From: Oscillospiraceae bacterium
Lineage (GTDB): Bacteria > Bacillota > Clostridia > Oscillospirales > CAG-272
DNA length: 64,000 bases
NCBI GenBank assembly: GCA_015063305.1
Contig: SVUJ01000003.1
Location: 72,261-136,260, forward strand
Reading direction: 5' to 3'
Every line of letters begins with the position of its first letter. Position 1 is the first letter of the stretch. Below the pieces are notes generated by a model. That model made no database searches and was not told where the DNA came from. It saw only the letters and a program-made list of their open reading frames with translations. The position numbers were made by a program, and so were the translations under genes. This document shows, in pieces, positions 17,635 to 26,442 of this stretch.

Positions 17635-18072
17635 CTATTTTATATTTAGTATTCCTATGAGGTTCTCAGAGATAGTTAAAAAGCTTTGGGCGTATGAGAT
17701 AAGAAGGGAAGATTTAAATTCGCCGTTTTTGTTGAGGATCATACTGCCGCTGTTATCAAGAAAGCTTAAAAGAGCGGCTCTCCATAAAAAATAATTTTCT
17801 AATATGTTTGAATAATACGATGTAAGCTCATTGTTCATATCATCATCTGCATTGCAGACCATGGCAGATATTTTCGACGTGAGCGAATCCGCGCTTTCTG
17901 ATGTAGATACAAGATAACTTGAAAGAGCAGTAAAGCTCTTTTTTATTTCTGCCCTCTTTTCCTCATTTGCCGAAAACAAATATGTGTCTGTCACCTCAAA
18001 TACATCAAGATAAAGCTTGGTTTTATCTATCGTATCAAGTAATAAGTTTAAAAGTTCTGTCTGGATATCCAT
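17635..18072 (-). CDS. Hypothetical protein (145 aa, helical-looking, AT-rich orphan)
   Basis: GGAGA RBS 6 nt before the ATG at 18072. Hand counts of two 120-nt samples give about 35% GC against about 52% in adjacent ldh. No recognisable motif. Confidence 0.5.
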   Translation of the reverse strand: MDIQTELLNLLLDTIDKTKLYLDVFEVTDTYLFSANEEKRAEIKKSFTALSSYLVSTSESADSLTSKISAMVCNADDDMNNELTSYYSNILENYFLWRAALLSFLDNSGSMILNKNGEFKSSLLISYAQSFLTISENLIGILNIK

Positions 18073-18083
18073 TTTTTCTCCGT

Positions 18084-18122
18084 AATACAAAAGGGAGCCC
18101 AGCGTTTTAGCGCACAGCTCCC
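18084..18122 (-). terminator. Terminator after the KH-domain (ylqC-like) gene
   Basis: Minus strand reads GGGAGC...GCTCCC followed by TTTTGTATT. The listed 18090 start of the next ORF lies inside it. Confidence 0.75.
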
Positions 18123-18147
18123 GTTTGTTTTGATGTATAAGAGCGGT

Positions 18148-18387
18148 TTAGTCTCTTATTTCTACGTTTACGCGTCTGCCGTCTGTTGCGGCTGCGGCCT
18201 TCATGACAGTGCGTATTGCCTTTGCAATCTTACCGCCTTTGCCGATGACCATTCCCATGTCGCTTTCTGCAACGCTGAGAACGAGCTTTACCTCTTTTCC
18301 GTCCTCGTTTTCGATAACGGAAACTTCATCGGGATTGTCAACGATAGCGCGGGCAATTCCGTATAAAGTTTGTTTCAAATCTGTCAT
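18148..18387 (-). CDS. ylqC: KH-domain RNA-binding protein (YlqC/UPF0109 family)
   Basis: VIGKGGKIAKAIRTV carries the KH GxxG loop. The position after rpsP is conserved. Confidence 0.85.
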   Translation of the reverse strand: MTDLKQTLYGIARAIVDNPDEVSVIENEDGKEVKLVLSVAESDMGMVIGKGGKIAKAIRTVMKAAAATDGRRVNVEIRD

Positions 18388-18404
18388 ATCGGATCACCCC
18401 GAAA

Positions 18405-18650
18405 TTAGTCAACTATGCCGGACTTCTTAAGAAGAGCTTTAACAGTTTCTGTGGGCTGAGCGCCGTTCTTGAGCCAAACCTTAGCTCTCTCCTCGTTTAT
18501 AACGATCTGAACAGGCTCTGTGCGGGGATTGTAGTGACCGATCTCCTCGATGAAACGTCCGTCTCTGGGAGAGCGGCTGTCTGCAACGATAACACGGTAG
18601 GTGGGAGCCTTCTTTGCTCCGGTTCTTCTGAGTCTGATTTTAACTGCCAT
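18405..18650 (-). CDS. rpsP: 30S ribosomal protein S16
   Basis: [42 protein letters not shown]. Confidence 0.95.
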   Translation of the reverse strand: MAVKIRLRRTGAKKAPTYRVIVADSRSPRDGRFIEEIGHYNPRTEPVQIVINEERAKVWLKNGAQPTETVKALLKKSGIVD

Positions 18651-18702
18651 TTTAGAATTCCTCCAAAAATATAAAAAATAAATTATTTATAAAATCCATC
18701 TA

Positions 18703-20049
18703 TCAGAATGGGATTTTCATTTTGTTTCGTTTGCCGAATTTTGCAAACGCTTTGGGGTTGGAAAGCTGCTTCATAAGCTGCTTGGTCTGCTCGAACTGAC
18801 GTAAAAGCTTATTTACTTCTTCAACCGTAGTTCCGCTTCCCGCGGCTATTCGCTTCTTTCTTGAAGCGTTGAGGATATCGGGCTTTTCGCGCTCACGCTT
18901 GGTCATTGACTTGATTATAGCCTCTGTTCGCGCAAGGGCCTTTTCGTCTATCTTTGCATCCTTAAGTGCGCCCGGCTTCATTCCAGGCATCATCGACATT
19001 ATCTGCTCAAGATTTCCCATATTTTTCATCTGAGCGAATTGGTCGAGGTAATCGTCAAGAGTGAAGGTAGATTCTCTGAGCTTCTTTTCAAGCTCAACGG
19101 CCTTTTTCTCATCGTATGCCTGCTCGGCTTTTTCGATAAGGGAGAGAACGTCGCCCATTCCAAGGATACGCGATGCCATTCTGTCGGGGTGGAAGGGCTC
19201 TATAGTGTCGAGCTTTTCACCCGTTCCGATAAACTTGATAGGCTTTCCCGTAACGTGTCTTACAGAGAGAGCCGCGCCGCCTCGTGTATCACCGTCAAGC
19301 TTTGTGAGCACAACTCCCGTGATATCGAGAAGCTCGTTAAAGCTCTCGGCAACATTTACGGCGTCCTGACCGATCATAGCATCTATGGTAAGAAGTATTT
19401 CTGTGGGAGAAACCTTTTCCTTTATCAAACGAAGCTCATTCATAAGCTCCTCGTCTATATGCAAACGGCCCGCGGTATCTATAAATACCATATCGTAGCC
19501 CTTGAGTATAGCGTACTTCAAGCCTTCCTCGGCTATCTTTACAGGCGAGGTGGTATCACCCATAGTGAATACGGGGATATCAAGCTTTTCTCCCACTATC
19601 TGCAGCTGCTTGATAGCGGCGGGACGGTATACGTCACAGGCAACGAGCAGAGGGCGCTTTCCTTGCTTTTTGTAAAGCCCCGCAAGCTTTCCCGCGTGAG
19701 TTGTTTTACCCGCACCCTGAAGACCAACCATCATAACCACCGTAGGCGGTTTGGGGGATATAACGAGTTTTGACTGAGTTCCGCCCATAAGATTAGTCAA
19801 TTCCTCGTTTACGATCTTGACTATCTGCTGAGTGGGGAGAAGGGAATCAAGCACCTCAGAGCCAACGGCTCTTTCGGAAACTATTTTTATAAAATCACGA
19901 ACGACCTTAAAGTTAACGTCTGCCTCAAGTAACGCGAGTTTTATCTCTCGCATACCGGCTTTGACGTCGGCTTCCGTGAGTTTTCCTTTGTTTCTGAATT
20001 TTTTGAAGGCATTTTCGAGCTTTTCGCTAAGACTTTGAAACACAGTCAC
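18703..20049 (-). CDS. ffh: Signal recognition particle protein Ffh
   Basis: NG domain with GLQGAGKTT and DTAGR, plus a Met-rich M domain. The start could be the GTG at 20049 or at 20043. Confidence 0.95.
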   Translation of the reverse strand: MTVFQSLSEKLENAFKKFRNKGKLTEADVKAGMREIKLALLEADVNFKVVRDFIKIVSERAVGSEVLDSLLPTQQIVKIVNEELTNLMGGTQSKLVISPKPPTVVMMVGLQGAGKTTHAGKLAGLYKKQGKRPLLVACDVYRPAAIKQLQIVGEKLDIPVFTMGDTTSPVKIAEEGLKYAILKGYDMVFIDTAGRLHIDEELMNELRLIKEKVSPTEILLTIDAMIGQDAVNVAESFNELLDITGVVLTKLDGDTRGGAALSVRHVTGKPIKFIGTGEKLDTIEPFHPDRMASRILGMGDVLSLIEKAEQAYDEKKAVELEKKLRESTFTLDDYLDQFAQMKNMGNLEQIMSMMPGMKPGALKDAKIDEKALARTEAIIKSMTKREREKPDILNASRKKRIAAGSGTTVEEVNKLLRQFEQTKQLMKQLSNPKAFAKFGKRNKMKIPF

Positions 20050-20073
20050 ACCTTCCTTTCGTTAAACGGAAAA

Positions 20074-20409
20074 TCATTCCGAGATTATTTTTGTGAGTAT
20101 ATCGAGTTCAGCCGTAAACTCGTCGGGCAGCTCCATCTTTGCCGCAAGGGATACAAGCTTGTTGGCGTGTTCCTCGGTGTTTCGGAGCTTTTGAGCAAGA
20201 CCGAGCTTTTCCTCATAAAAGGAGAGTTCATCCTCGGCTTTTTTTATTATATCCCGCACACCTTGGCGAGAGATGCCTATCTCAGCCGCAATTTCCGCAA
20301 GAGAGAGGTCTTCGTTATAGTACATATCCATCACCGAGCGCTTTCTCTCGGGCAGGATATCACCATAGAAATCGAGCAGATAGCCGATATGAAGATTTTT
20401 CTCAAACAT
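20074..20409 (-). CDS. ylxM: YlxM/UPF0122 putative DNA-binding protein (sigma-70 region-4-like HTH)
   Basis: YYNEDLSLAEIAAEIGISRQGVRDIIKKAE. The position upstream of ffh is conserved. Confidence 0.85.
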   Translation of the reverse strand: MFEKNLHIGYLLDFYGDILPERKRSVMDMYYNEDLSLAEIAAEIGISRQGVRDIIKKAEDELSFYEEKLGLAQKLRNTEEHANKLVSLAAKMELPDEFTAELDILTKIISE

Positions 20410-20451
20410 TGTGACACCGCTCCTTACAGCTGTAAAGCAAAATACTTTACA

Positions 20452-20480
20452 AGTATACCACGCCTATCTCTGCTTGTCAA
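20452..20480 (-). promoter_or_regulatory. Sigma-A-type promoter for ylxM-ffh-rpsP-ylqC (TTGACA-17-TGgTATACT, minus strand)
   Basis: The perfect -35 (20475-20480) lies inside the last codons of the EamA gene. The extended -10 is at 20452-20460. Confidence 0.65.
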
Positions 20481-21366
20481 GAGTTTTTTTAAAATTTTTA
20501 AAGGATATTTCACTAAATACCGCCGCGCCAATTATCAAAATGCTTCCCACAAGATCTGTGATGCCAAAGCTCTTCAAAATTATAGCCGACAGTATCACCG
20601 CAACCACGGGATCTATATAGCTGAATATAGCCGCGGTCTGAGCCCCCAGACGCGATATGCTGCCGAAATAAAGCGTGTACGCTATACCCGTGTGAAGGAT
20701 ACCCACGATGACAAGTAAAAGAGTACTCCTTGTATCAAAGCTTATTTCCGATATGTTTTCGGTTAGAAGTATGTACGGAAGTATGGCTATAGCCGCAGTC
20801 CCAAGCTGTATAAGTGTCTTTTCGTAGTCACCGATATCCTTTATAAACTTATTTAAAAATATTACCGAGGCATAGAGCGCCGCCGCGGCAAGACCGAAAA
20901 GAATACCTCTTATATCGGACGAGGCATCTCCGAATACCCCCGAAATCACAGTCATACCGAATATTGCCGAGATGGCGCAAAGCCCCTTTTTGAGAGTGAG
21001 CCTTTCTTTGAGGATAAGAGGAGAAAATATTATAACGATGACAGGCGCCATATAGTAACAAAGCGTAGCCGTTGCCACGGTGGTATATCTGTATGCTTCA
21101 AACAGAAGTATCCAGTTAAAGCCGATAAAAGCGCCCGAAAGACAGAGTAGCGGGAGATTTTTTCTTATGGCTAAGAGGTCTATTTTCTTTCTTCCGATCA
21201 CTATAACAAGTAAAAGAAAGAGCATACCTATAACTCCCCTGACAAAAGCTATCAGCCCCGAAGAGTACGGGATATAGCTTCTGAATATTCCAATAGTGCC
21301 GAATACCATCATAGAGGATATAAGCTTTATTTTTGATATAGCTTCCGTAGATCTCATTTGAACCAT
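20464..21366 (-). CDS. EamA/DMT-superfamily transporter
   Basis: 10-TM protein with two EamA-like halves. No closer assignment is possible. Confidence 0.75.
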   Translation of the reverse strand: MVQMRSTEAISKIKLISSMMVFGTIGIFRSYIPYSSGLIAFVRGVIGMLFLLLVIVIGRKKIDLLAIRKNLPLLCLSGAFIGFNWILLFEAYRYTTVATATLCYYMAPVIVIIFSPLILKERLTLKKGLCAISAIFGMTVISGVFGDASSDIRGILFGLAAAALYASVIFLNKFIKDIGDYEKTLIQLGTAAIAILPYILLTENISEISFDTRSTLLLVIVGILHTGIAYTLYFGSISRLGAQTAAIFSYIDPVVAVILSAIILKSFGITDLVGSILIIGAAVFSEISFKNFKKTLDKQR

Positions 21367-21374
21367 CCTATCTT

Positions 21375-21413
21375 AAAATTTTGTAGCGGTGCGACATCTG
21401 TTGTCGCACCGCT
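21375..21413 (-). terminator. Terminator of the pot operon
   Basis: 12-bp stem AGCGGTGCGACA / TGTCGCACCGCT with a 5-nt loop, just after the potCD stop. Confidence 0.75.
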
Positions 21414-21419
21414 GAAAAG

Positions 21420-23462
21420 CTAACTGATCTTAAGTTCTTCCCATAGAGAATTGAGAAGTTTTTTAGTCTGGGCATCAAGGTCCTTGTAGCAGTTTGCGTC
21501 GTACGCCGCGTGGAAATCAAAGTCCTTGGGATAGAGTATCTCTATTACGTCCTCGCCCATATCCTCGCGGTATACCTCGCTGTTGTATACGACCGAATGG
21601 GGGGAAGCGTAGCAGATGTACTCGGCATTGGCAATAGCTACCTCCTCGCTGAGCATAAAGTTTATATACTTTTCGGCGAGGTCCTTGTTTTGAGCCGATG
21701 CGGGAATACACATAGCATCAATAAAAAGGTTTGTGTTTTCGGGATAATAGAACTGAAGGTCAACATTATCTGCCTGATTGTCAAGCATCGTCAGATAGTC
21801 ACCCGCATAGTAAGCGCCGATAGCGGCTTCTCCCGATTCCATCATGTTGTATATCTCATCCATAACGTACTTGTCAAGCAGAGGCTTTTGCTTCTTAAGC
21901 TCTTCAAGTCCCGCGCGCCATTCGGACACGTCCGAGGTGTTTACGTCAAGACCAAGCTTATAAAAAGCAGTACCGAAAGCGTCACGCGCGTTATTGAATT
22001 GAACTATATCACCCGAATACTTGGAATTCCACATAAGATCCCAAGAGCCCGTGTCCTCCTCGCTAACTACGTTGGCGTTATAGATTACACCGATCATTCC
22101 GTAAGTGTAGGGAACAGAGTATTTGTTTTCGGGGTCGTAGTAAAGACCTCTGAAATTCTCCGAGATGCAGCTCTCATAGTTTGGAATGTTGTCGAAATTG
22201 AGCTCTGCTAAAAGTCCCTCCGAAGCAAGACGCGCTATCATATAATCCGAGGGGATTATAATGTCGTAGCTAACGGCATCGGTCGAGAGCTTAGCGTAAA
22301 GGTCTTCGTTTGAAGTGTAGGTAACGTAATTTACCTTTACGTTCATTCCGAATTCCGATCTGCAATATTTCTCAAAGGCGCGGTTTACATTGAGCGAGCC
22401 CTCAGAGCCGTCGGAGATATATTCACCCCAGTTGTAAACGTTGAGCGTAATTGTGTTTTTTGAATATACGCCTATCATAACGCAAAGCGAAATTATCACC
22501 GCTATAGCACAGGTAACAGCAATTATTTTTGTAAGGAATGAGCTGTTCTTTTTCGGTGCGCGGGGGGTGTCCGTAGGGATATGCTCCTTTTGCGGCTTTA
22601 TTGTCTTTCCTGCCTTTTGAGCCCTCAGTATAGCCTCCTTGCGTCTTTTCTCTGCCTTAAGTCGCTTTACCTCAAGACGCTCGTAGGTAGACTTTTCACG
22701 GTTAGAGAGGAGAAGCAGAAGGAAGATAAGAACGAATATGATAGAAGAAAGCGCATAGATCGTAGGCTTAACGCTCTTCTTTGTCATACTGTAGATAAGC
22801 ACGGGAAGGGTCTGGAAATCAACACCCGAGGTGAAATAGCTGATAACGAAGTCGTCGAGCGACATAGTAAACGCCATTATCATTCCCGTAAGTACGCCCG
22901 GAAGTATAGCGGGAAGCTGTACCTTAAAGAAGGACTGTATCGGTGTGCAGCCAAGGTCAAGCGCCGCTTCGGGGAGCGATTTATCCATTTGCTTGAATTT
23001 TGGAAGCACGTTCAATATAACGTAAGGAAGATTAAAGGTTATATGCGCTATCAGCATAGTCCAGAAATTGAGCTTTGTGGAAAGACCGAGAAAGCTTCCA
23101 ACAAATACAAAAAGGAACATCAGGGAAATTCCGGTTATTATTTCTGGGTTCATCATAGGAACGTTTGTGACACTCATAATAGAGCGGCGCAAATGCTTGT
23201 TTCTCATATGATGTATGCCAAATGCCGCCGCAGTACCGATGACCGTCGCTATAAGCGAGGAGGTAACAGCAAGTATCAATGAGTTTTTAAGTGCATTTAA
23301 TATCTCCGCATTTCGGAAGAGCTCAACGTACCATCTCACCGAAAATCCGCTGAATGAAGATGTGCTTGATCCTGAATTGAAGGAGAAGAATATAAGAACG
23401 GCAATAGGTGCGAAGAGAAATACGAGTATGAGAGCCGTGTATATTTTTGAAAATCTTTTCAT
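21420..23462 (-). CDS. Fused spermidine/putrescine ABC permease PotC + basic linker + extra TM helix + substrate-binding protein PotD
   Basis: aa 1-253 form a PotC-type permease. aa 254-307 are a K/R/E-rich linker. aa 309-333 are hydrophobic (FLTKIIAVTCAIAVIISLCVMIGVY). aa 338-680 are PotD-like (LNVYNWGEYI..., YTSNEDLYAKL). Confidence 0.85.
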   Translation of the reverse strand: MKRFSKIYTALILVFLFAPIAVLIFFSFNSGSSTSSFSGFSVRWYVELFRNAEILNALKNSLILAVTSSLIATVIGTAAAFGIHHMRNKHLRRSIMSVTNVPMMNPEIITGISLMFLFVFVGSFLGLSTKLNFWTMLIAHITFNLPYVILNVLPKFKQMDKSLPEAALDLGCTPIQSFFKVQLPAILPGVLTGMIMAFTMSLDDFVISYFTSGVDFQTLPVLIYSMTKKSVKPTIYALSSIIFVLIFLLLLLSNREKSTYERLEVKRLKAEKRRKEAILRAQKAGKTIKPQKEHIPTDTPRAPKKNSSFLTKIIAVTCAIAVIISLCVMIGVYSKNTITLNVYNWGEYISDGSEGSLNVNRAFEKYCRSEFGMNVKVNYVTYTSNEDLYAKLSTDAVSYDIIIPSDYMIARLASEGLLAELNFDNIPNYESCISENFRGLYYDPENKYSVPYTYGMIGVIYNANVVSEEDTGSWDLMWNSKYSGDIVQFNNARDAFGTAFYKLGLDVNTSDVSEWRAGLEELKKQKPLLDKYVMDEIYNMMESGEAAIGAYYAGDYLTMLDNQADNVDLQFYYPENTNLFIDAMCIPASAQNKDLAEKYINFMLSEEVAIANAEYICYASPHSVVYNSEVYREDMGEDVIEILYPKDFDFHAAYDANCYKDLDAQTKKLLNSLWEELKIS

Positions 23463-24331
23463 GGCATCATACCTCCGTCACTCTCGGAATCTGAATATCT
23501 GTTAACGATAGCAAGTCCGACGAGAAGTATTACCATAAGAACCAGAGAAAGCGAAGCCGTCATATTGTAGTTGGATGCGGCATACTGCTGCTCGATAACG
23601 TCGCCTATCATAAGAGTATCAACGCCGCCAAGCTTCTGAGATATGTAGAAGGTGCTTATAGAAGGTACGAGAACCATAGTAACTCCCGATATAACGCCCG
23701 AAAGGCTCAAAGGAAGAATAACCTTCCTGAGGACCGCAAATCCGTTACAACCAAGGTCGGCCGCCGCCTCGATAAGACGGTTGTCAAGCTTCGCCATTAC
23801 AGAATATATAGGCAGAATCATAAAGGGAAGATAGTCATAAACCATACCTATAACAACGGCACTTTCCGTGCCCAGAATGTGTATCGGACCTATGCCAAAG
23901 TTTCCGAGAAAGGAATTGATTATACCCGTATCCTGTATAAGCACCATTATGGCGTAGGTACGGATAAGAAAGTTCATCCACATCGGAAGCATAAGCAAAA
24001 GTATGAGTATCTTTTGAGTTTTAGGCTTGCTTCGGGATATGAAATAAGCTATCGGATATCCGAGAAGCAAGCAGATCGCGGTAGCGATGAGAGCGAGCTT
24101 CAGGGAACGGAAAAAGATAGAGAGATATTTTTCCGTGAAAAAAGAGGACACATTAGCCAGAGTGAATGCTCCGTCCGCGTCGGTAAACGCGTAATAAGCC
24201 ACGAAGATAAGCGGAGCGATTATAAAGAGTACCGCCCATACAACGTGGGGCATAGCCGCATAACGCTGAAGCCAACCTCTTTTTTGGGTCTGGCGGCGTC
24301 TGCTCTCAGAAATAACTTTTTTACCCGTCAT
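23459..24331 (-). CDS. potB: Spermidine/putrescine ABC transporter permease PotB
   Basis: 6-TM permease with the EAA-loop region [23 protein letters not shown]. It overlaps its neighbours by 4 nt. Confidence 0.9.
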   Translation of the reverse strand: MTGKKVISESRRRQTQKRGWLQRYAAMPHVVWAVLFIIAPLIFVAYYAFTDADGAFTLANVSSFFTEKYLSIFFRSLKLALIATAICLLLGYPIAYFISRSKPKTQKILILLLMLPMWMNFLIRTYAIMVLIQDTGIINSFLGNFGIGPIHILGTESAVVIGMVYDYLPFMILPIYSVMAKLDNRLIEAAADLGCNGFAVLRKVILPLSLSGVISGVTMVLVPSISTFYISQKLGGVDTLMIGDVIEQQYAASNYNMTASLSLVLMVILLVGLAIVNRYSDSESDGGMMP

Positions 24332-25533
24332 TCTTCCACATCCTCCGTAATATCCGAAAGGTGTTCAAGCTCTTCGGAGAAGGACGAGTAATCTCCGAAC
24401 ATATCGGAATACTCGGATTTTTTCATTATGTGTATTGCATCGGGCTCAATGAAAAGACCTATTTTAGCCTCGGGAGCAACGTAGTCGGTAGTCTGTATCA
24501 TCCACTTGAACCCGTTTATATCAACGATTATCTCATAGTGAACGCCCTTGAAGGTAACAGAGGAAACAGTTCCGGTAAGCATTCCTTTATCCACCGCAAC
24601 AACGTCAACGTCCTCGGGACGTACGACAACGTCTATCTGCTCGTTTTTCTCAAATCCCTTGTCAAGACACTCAAACACGTGTCCCGCAAACTTTACCTTG
24701 TAATCGGCAAGCATAACTCCGTCTATGATGTTTGACTCGCCGATAAAGTCTGCAACAAAAGCATTAACAGGCTCGTTGTATATATCGGTAGGAGAGCCGA
24801 TCTGCTGTATCTTTCCGTTTGCCATTACCACAACGGTGTCCGACATAGAAAGCGCCTCTTCCTGATCGTGCGTTACGTATATAAATGTGATACCTGTTTT
24901 GGTCTGTATGTTCTTAAGCTCTACCTGCATATCCTTGCGAAGCTTAAGGTCAAGCGCACCGAGCGGCTCGTCAAGAAGCAGGACCTTGGGCTTGTTGATA
25001 AGAGCGCGGGCAATAGCAACGCGCTGCTGCTGACCGCCCGAAAGCAGATTGACATTTCGTTTTTCAAATCCCCTCAGGTTTACAAGTGCCAGCATTTCGC
25101 TTACTCGTTCCTTTATCTCGTTTTCCGAAATCTTAGCTATTCTCAATCCGAACGCTATGTTATCGTACACGTTGAGGTGAGGGAAGAGCGCGTATTTTTG
25201 GAAAACGGTATTGACCTGCCTTTTGTGGGGCGGGATATCGTTTATTCTTACGCCATCAAAAAATACATCTCCGACATCGGGGAATTCAAATCCGCCAATT
25301 ATTCGGAGGGTAGTGGTTTTGCCGCATCCGGAAGGGCCGAGAAGAGTTATAAATTCCTTACCGGTGATGTAGAGATCGATGCTGTCAAGCACAGTTTCGC
25401 CGTCAAATGACTTTGAAACGCCTCTGAGTTCGATCAATTTTGATTTTTCTTCCGATACGGTATTATCAGAGATAGAGTTTTGGCTTTCAGTAATTTCGGA
25501 AAGATCCTGTTTTTCTGTCAGTCTTTTTTTCAT
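24328..25533 (-). CDS. potA: Spermidine/putrescine ABC transporter ATPase PotA
   Basis: [24 protein letters not shown] and [11 protein letters not shown] motifs, plus a C-terminal TOBE-like domain. ATG at 25533; the longer listed ORF lacks an RBS. Confidence 0.9.
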   Translation of the reverse strand: MKKRLTEKQDLSEITESQNSISDNTVSEEKSKLIELRGVSKSFDGETVLDSIDLYITGKEFITLLGPSGCGKTTTLRIIGGFEFPDVGDVFFDGVRINDIPPHKRQVNTVFQKYALFPHLNVYDNIAFGLRIAKISENEIKERVSEMLALVNLRGFEKRNVNLLSGGQQQRVAIARALINKPKVLLLDEPLGALDLKLRKDMQVELKNIQTKTGITFIYVTHDQEEALSMSDTVVVMANGKIQQIGSPTDIYNEPVNAFVADFIGESNIIDGVMLADYKVKFAGHVFECLDKGFEKNEQIDVVVRPEDVDVVAVDKGMLTGTVSSVTFKGVHYEIIVDINGFKWMIQTTDYVAPEAKIGLFIEPDAIHIMKKSEYSDMFGDYSSFSEELEHLSDITEDVEE

Positions 25534-25680
25534 TCCGCATAAATACTCCTTTAAGTATAAAAATACAGGATGAAAGGCTTTATTTCGACCAAAAAACATG
25601 GCGGTTATATAGAAAATACCAATACTGAAGCGAAGTATTGAATTTTCCCGTTTTTATATGCCTATAAAATCCTTGCGAAT

Positions 25681-25709
25681 ATTGTAACAGATATTTACCC
25701 CAATTGCAA
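25681..25709 (-). promoter_or_regulatory. Sigma-A-type promoter for potABCD (TTGCAA-17-TACAAT, minus strand); leaves a leader of about 140 nt
   Basis: Minus strand reads TTGCAA, ttggggtaaatatctgt, TACAAT. Confidence 0.55.
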
Positions 25710-25751
25710 TATATTTTACGAAATTATTTAGAATTTTGTCGGTTTGGGCCC

Positions 25752-26336
25752 TTATTTTTGCCCATATAGGAATATACTTGCAAAAATGGAAACAGAGAAG
25801 ACGAACAAAGATAGTGAAGAGCCGCTTCTCAGCAGCAGATAAAGCGAGATGCACCAAAGGGTAAAAAGGGTAATAAACGATAATATATCAAGGATTAATT
25901 CCGCGCTCCTTACAGACCCGAAACGGCATATAAGAGCCGATATTATCCTTCCGCCGTCAAGCGACCTTATGGGGAGCATATTTATTATTCCGAGGCACAG
26001 TGAAGATAGAATAAATATATCGACTATATCATTGTTTTGCGTTGTCAGCCTTGATAACAAAGCGGCAAAATATGCCGATATAAAATTGATCGCAGGACCT
26101 GCCGCGCATATTATTATCTCGTCTTTGTAGGAGCATATTCCGCCTCCGATGCCGAGTCTTGCACCAAATATACCAATGCTAAAGTTATTTAGTTTAACAT
26201 CACATATTTGGGCACTTACAATGTGCCCAAGCTCATGCAGTACCGCGGCAAACATAGGTATCAGGGCATAATATGAGCTTGATGCTATGATAGAGAGAAA
26301 AAGCATAATGGCAAAAAAATTTATCTTTACTTTCAT
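25752..26336 (-). CDS. Small M50-family (site-2 protease-like) membrane metalloprotease
   Basis: HELGH zinc motif in a TM helix and the second motif NMLPIRSLDGG. Confidence 0.7.
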   Translation of the reverse strand: MKVKINFFAIMLFLSIIASSSYYALIPMFAAVLHELGHIVSAQICDVKLNNFSIGIFGARLGIGGGICSYKDEIIICAAGPAINFISAYFAALLSRLTTQNNDIVDIFILSSLCLGIINMLPIRSLDGGRIISALICRFGSVRSAELILDILSFITLFTLWCISLYLLLRSGSSLSLFVFSVSIFASIFLYGQK

Positions 26337-26391
26337 TTTTGCTCCGTTAAAGATAGTTTCAATACTGAATTTATATGCTTATTAAGGCTTA

Positions 26392-26420
26392 ATTATAGCC
26401 ATAAAATTAGCGCCCCGCAA
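26392..26420 (-). promoter_or_regulatory. Candidate promoter for the M50 protease gene (TTGCGG-17-TATAAT, minus strand)
   Basis: The -35 overlaps the descending arm of the trkH terminator. TATAAT lies about 55 nt upstream of the ATG. Confidence 0.4.
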
Positions 26421-26436
26421 ATTGAAAGCGGAGCGC
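26401..26436 (-). terminator. Terminator of trkA-trkH
   Basis: Stem GCGCCCCGC / GCGGAGCGC with one mismatch, followed on the minus strand by TAATTTTAT. Confidence 0.7.
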
Positions 26437-26442
26437 CGTCTT

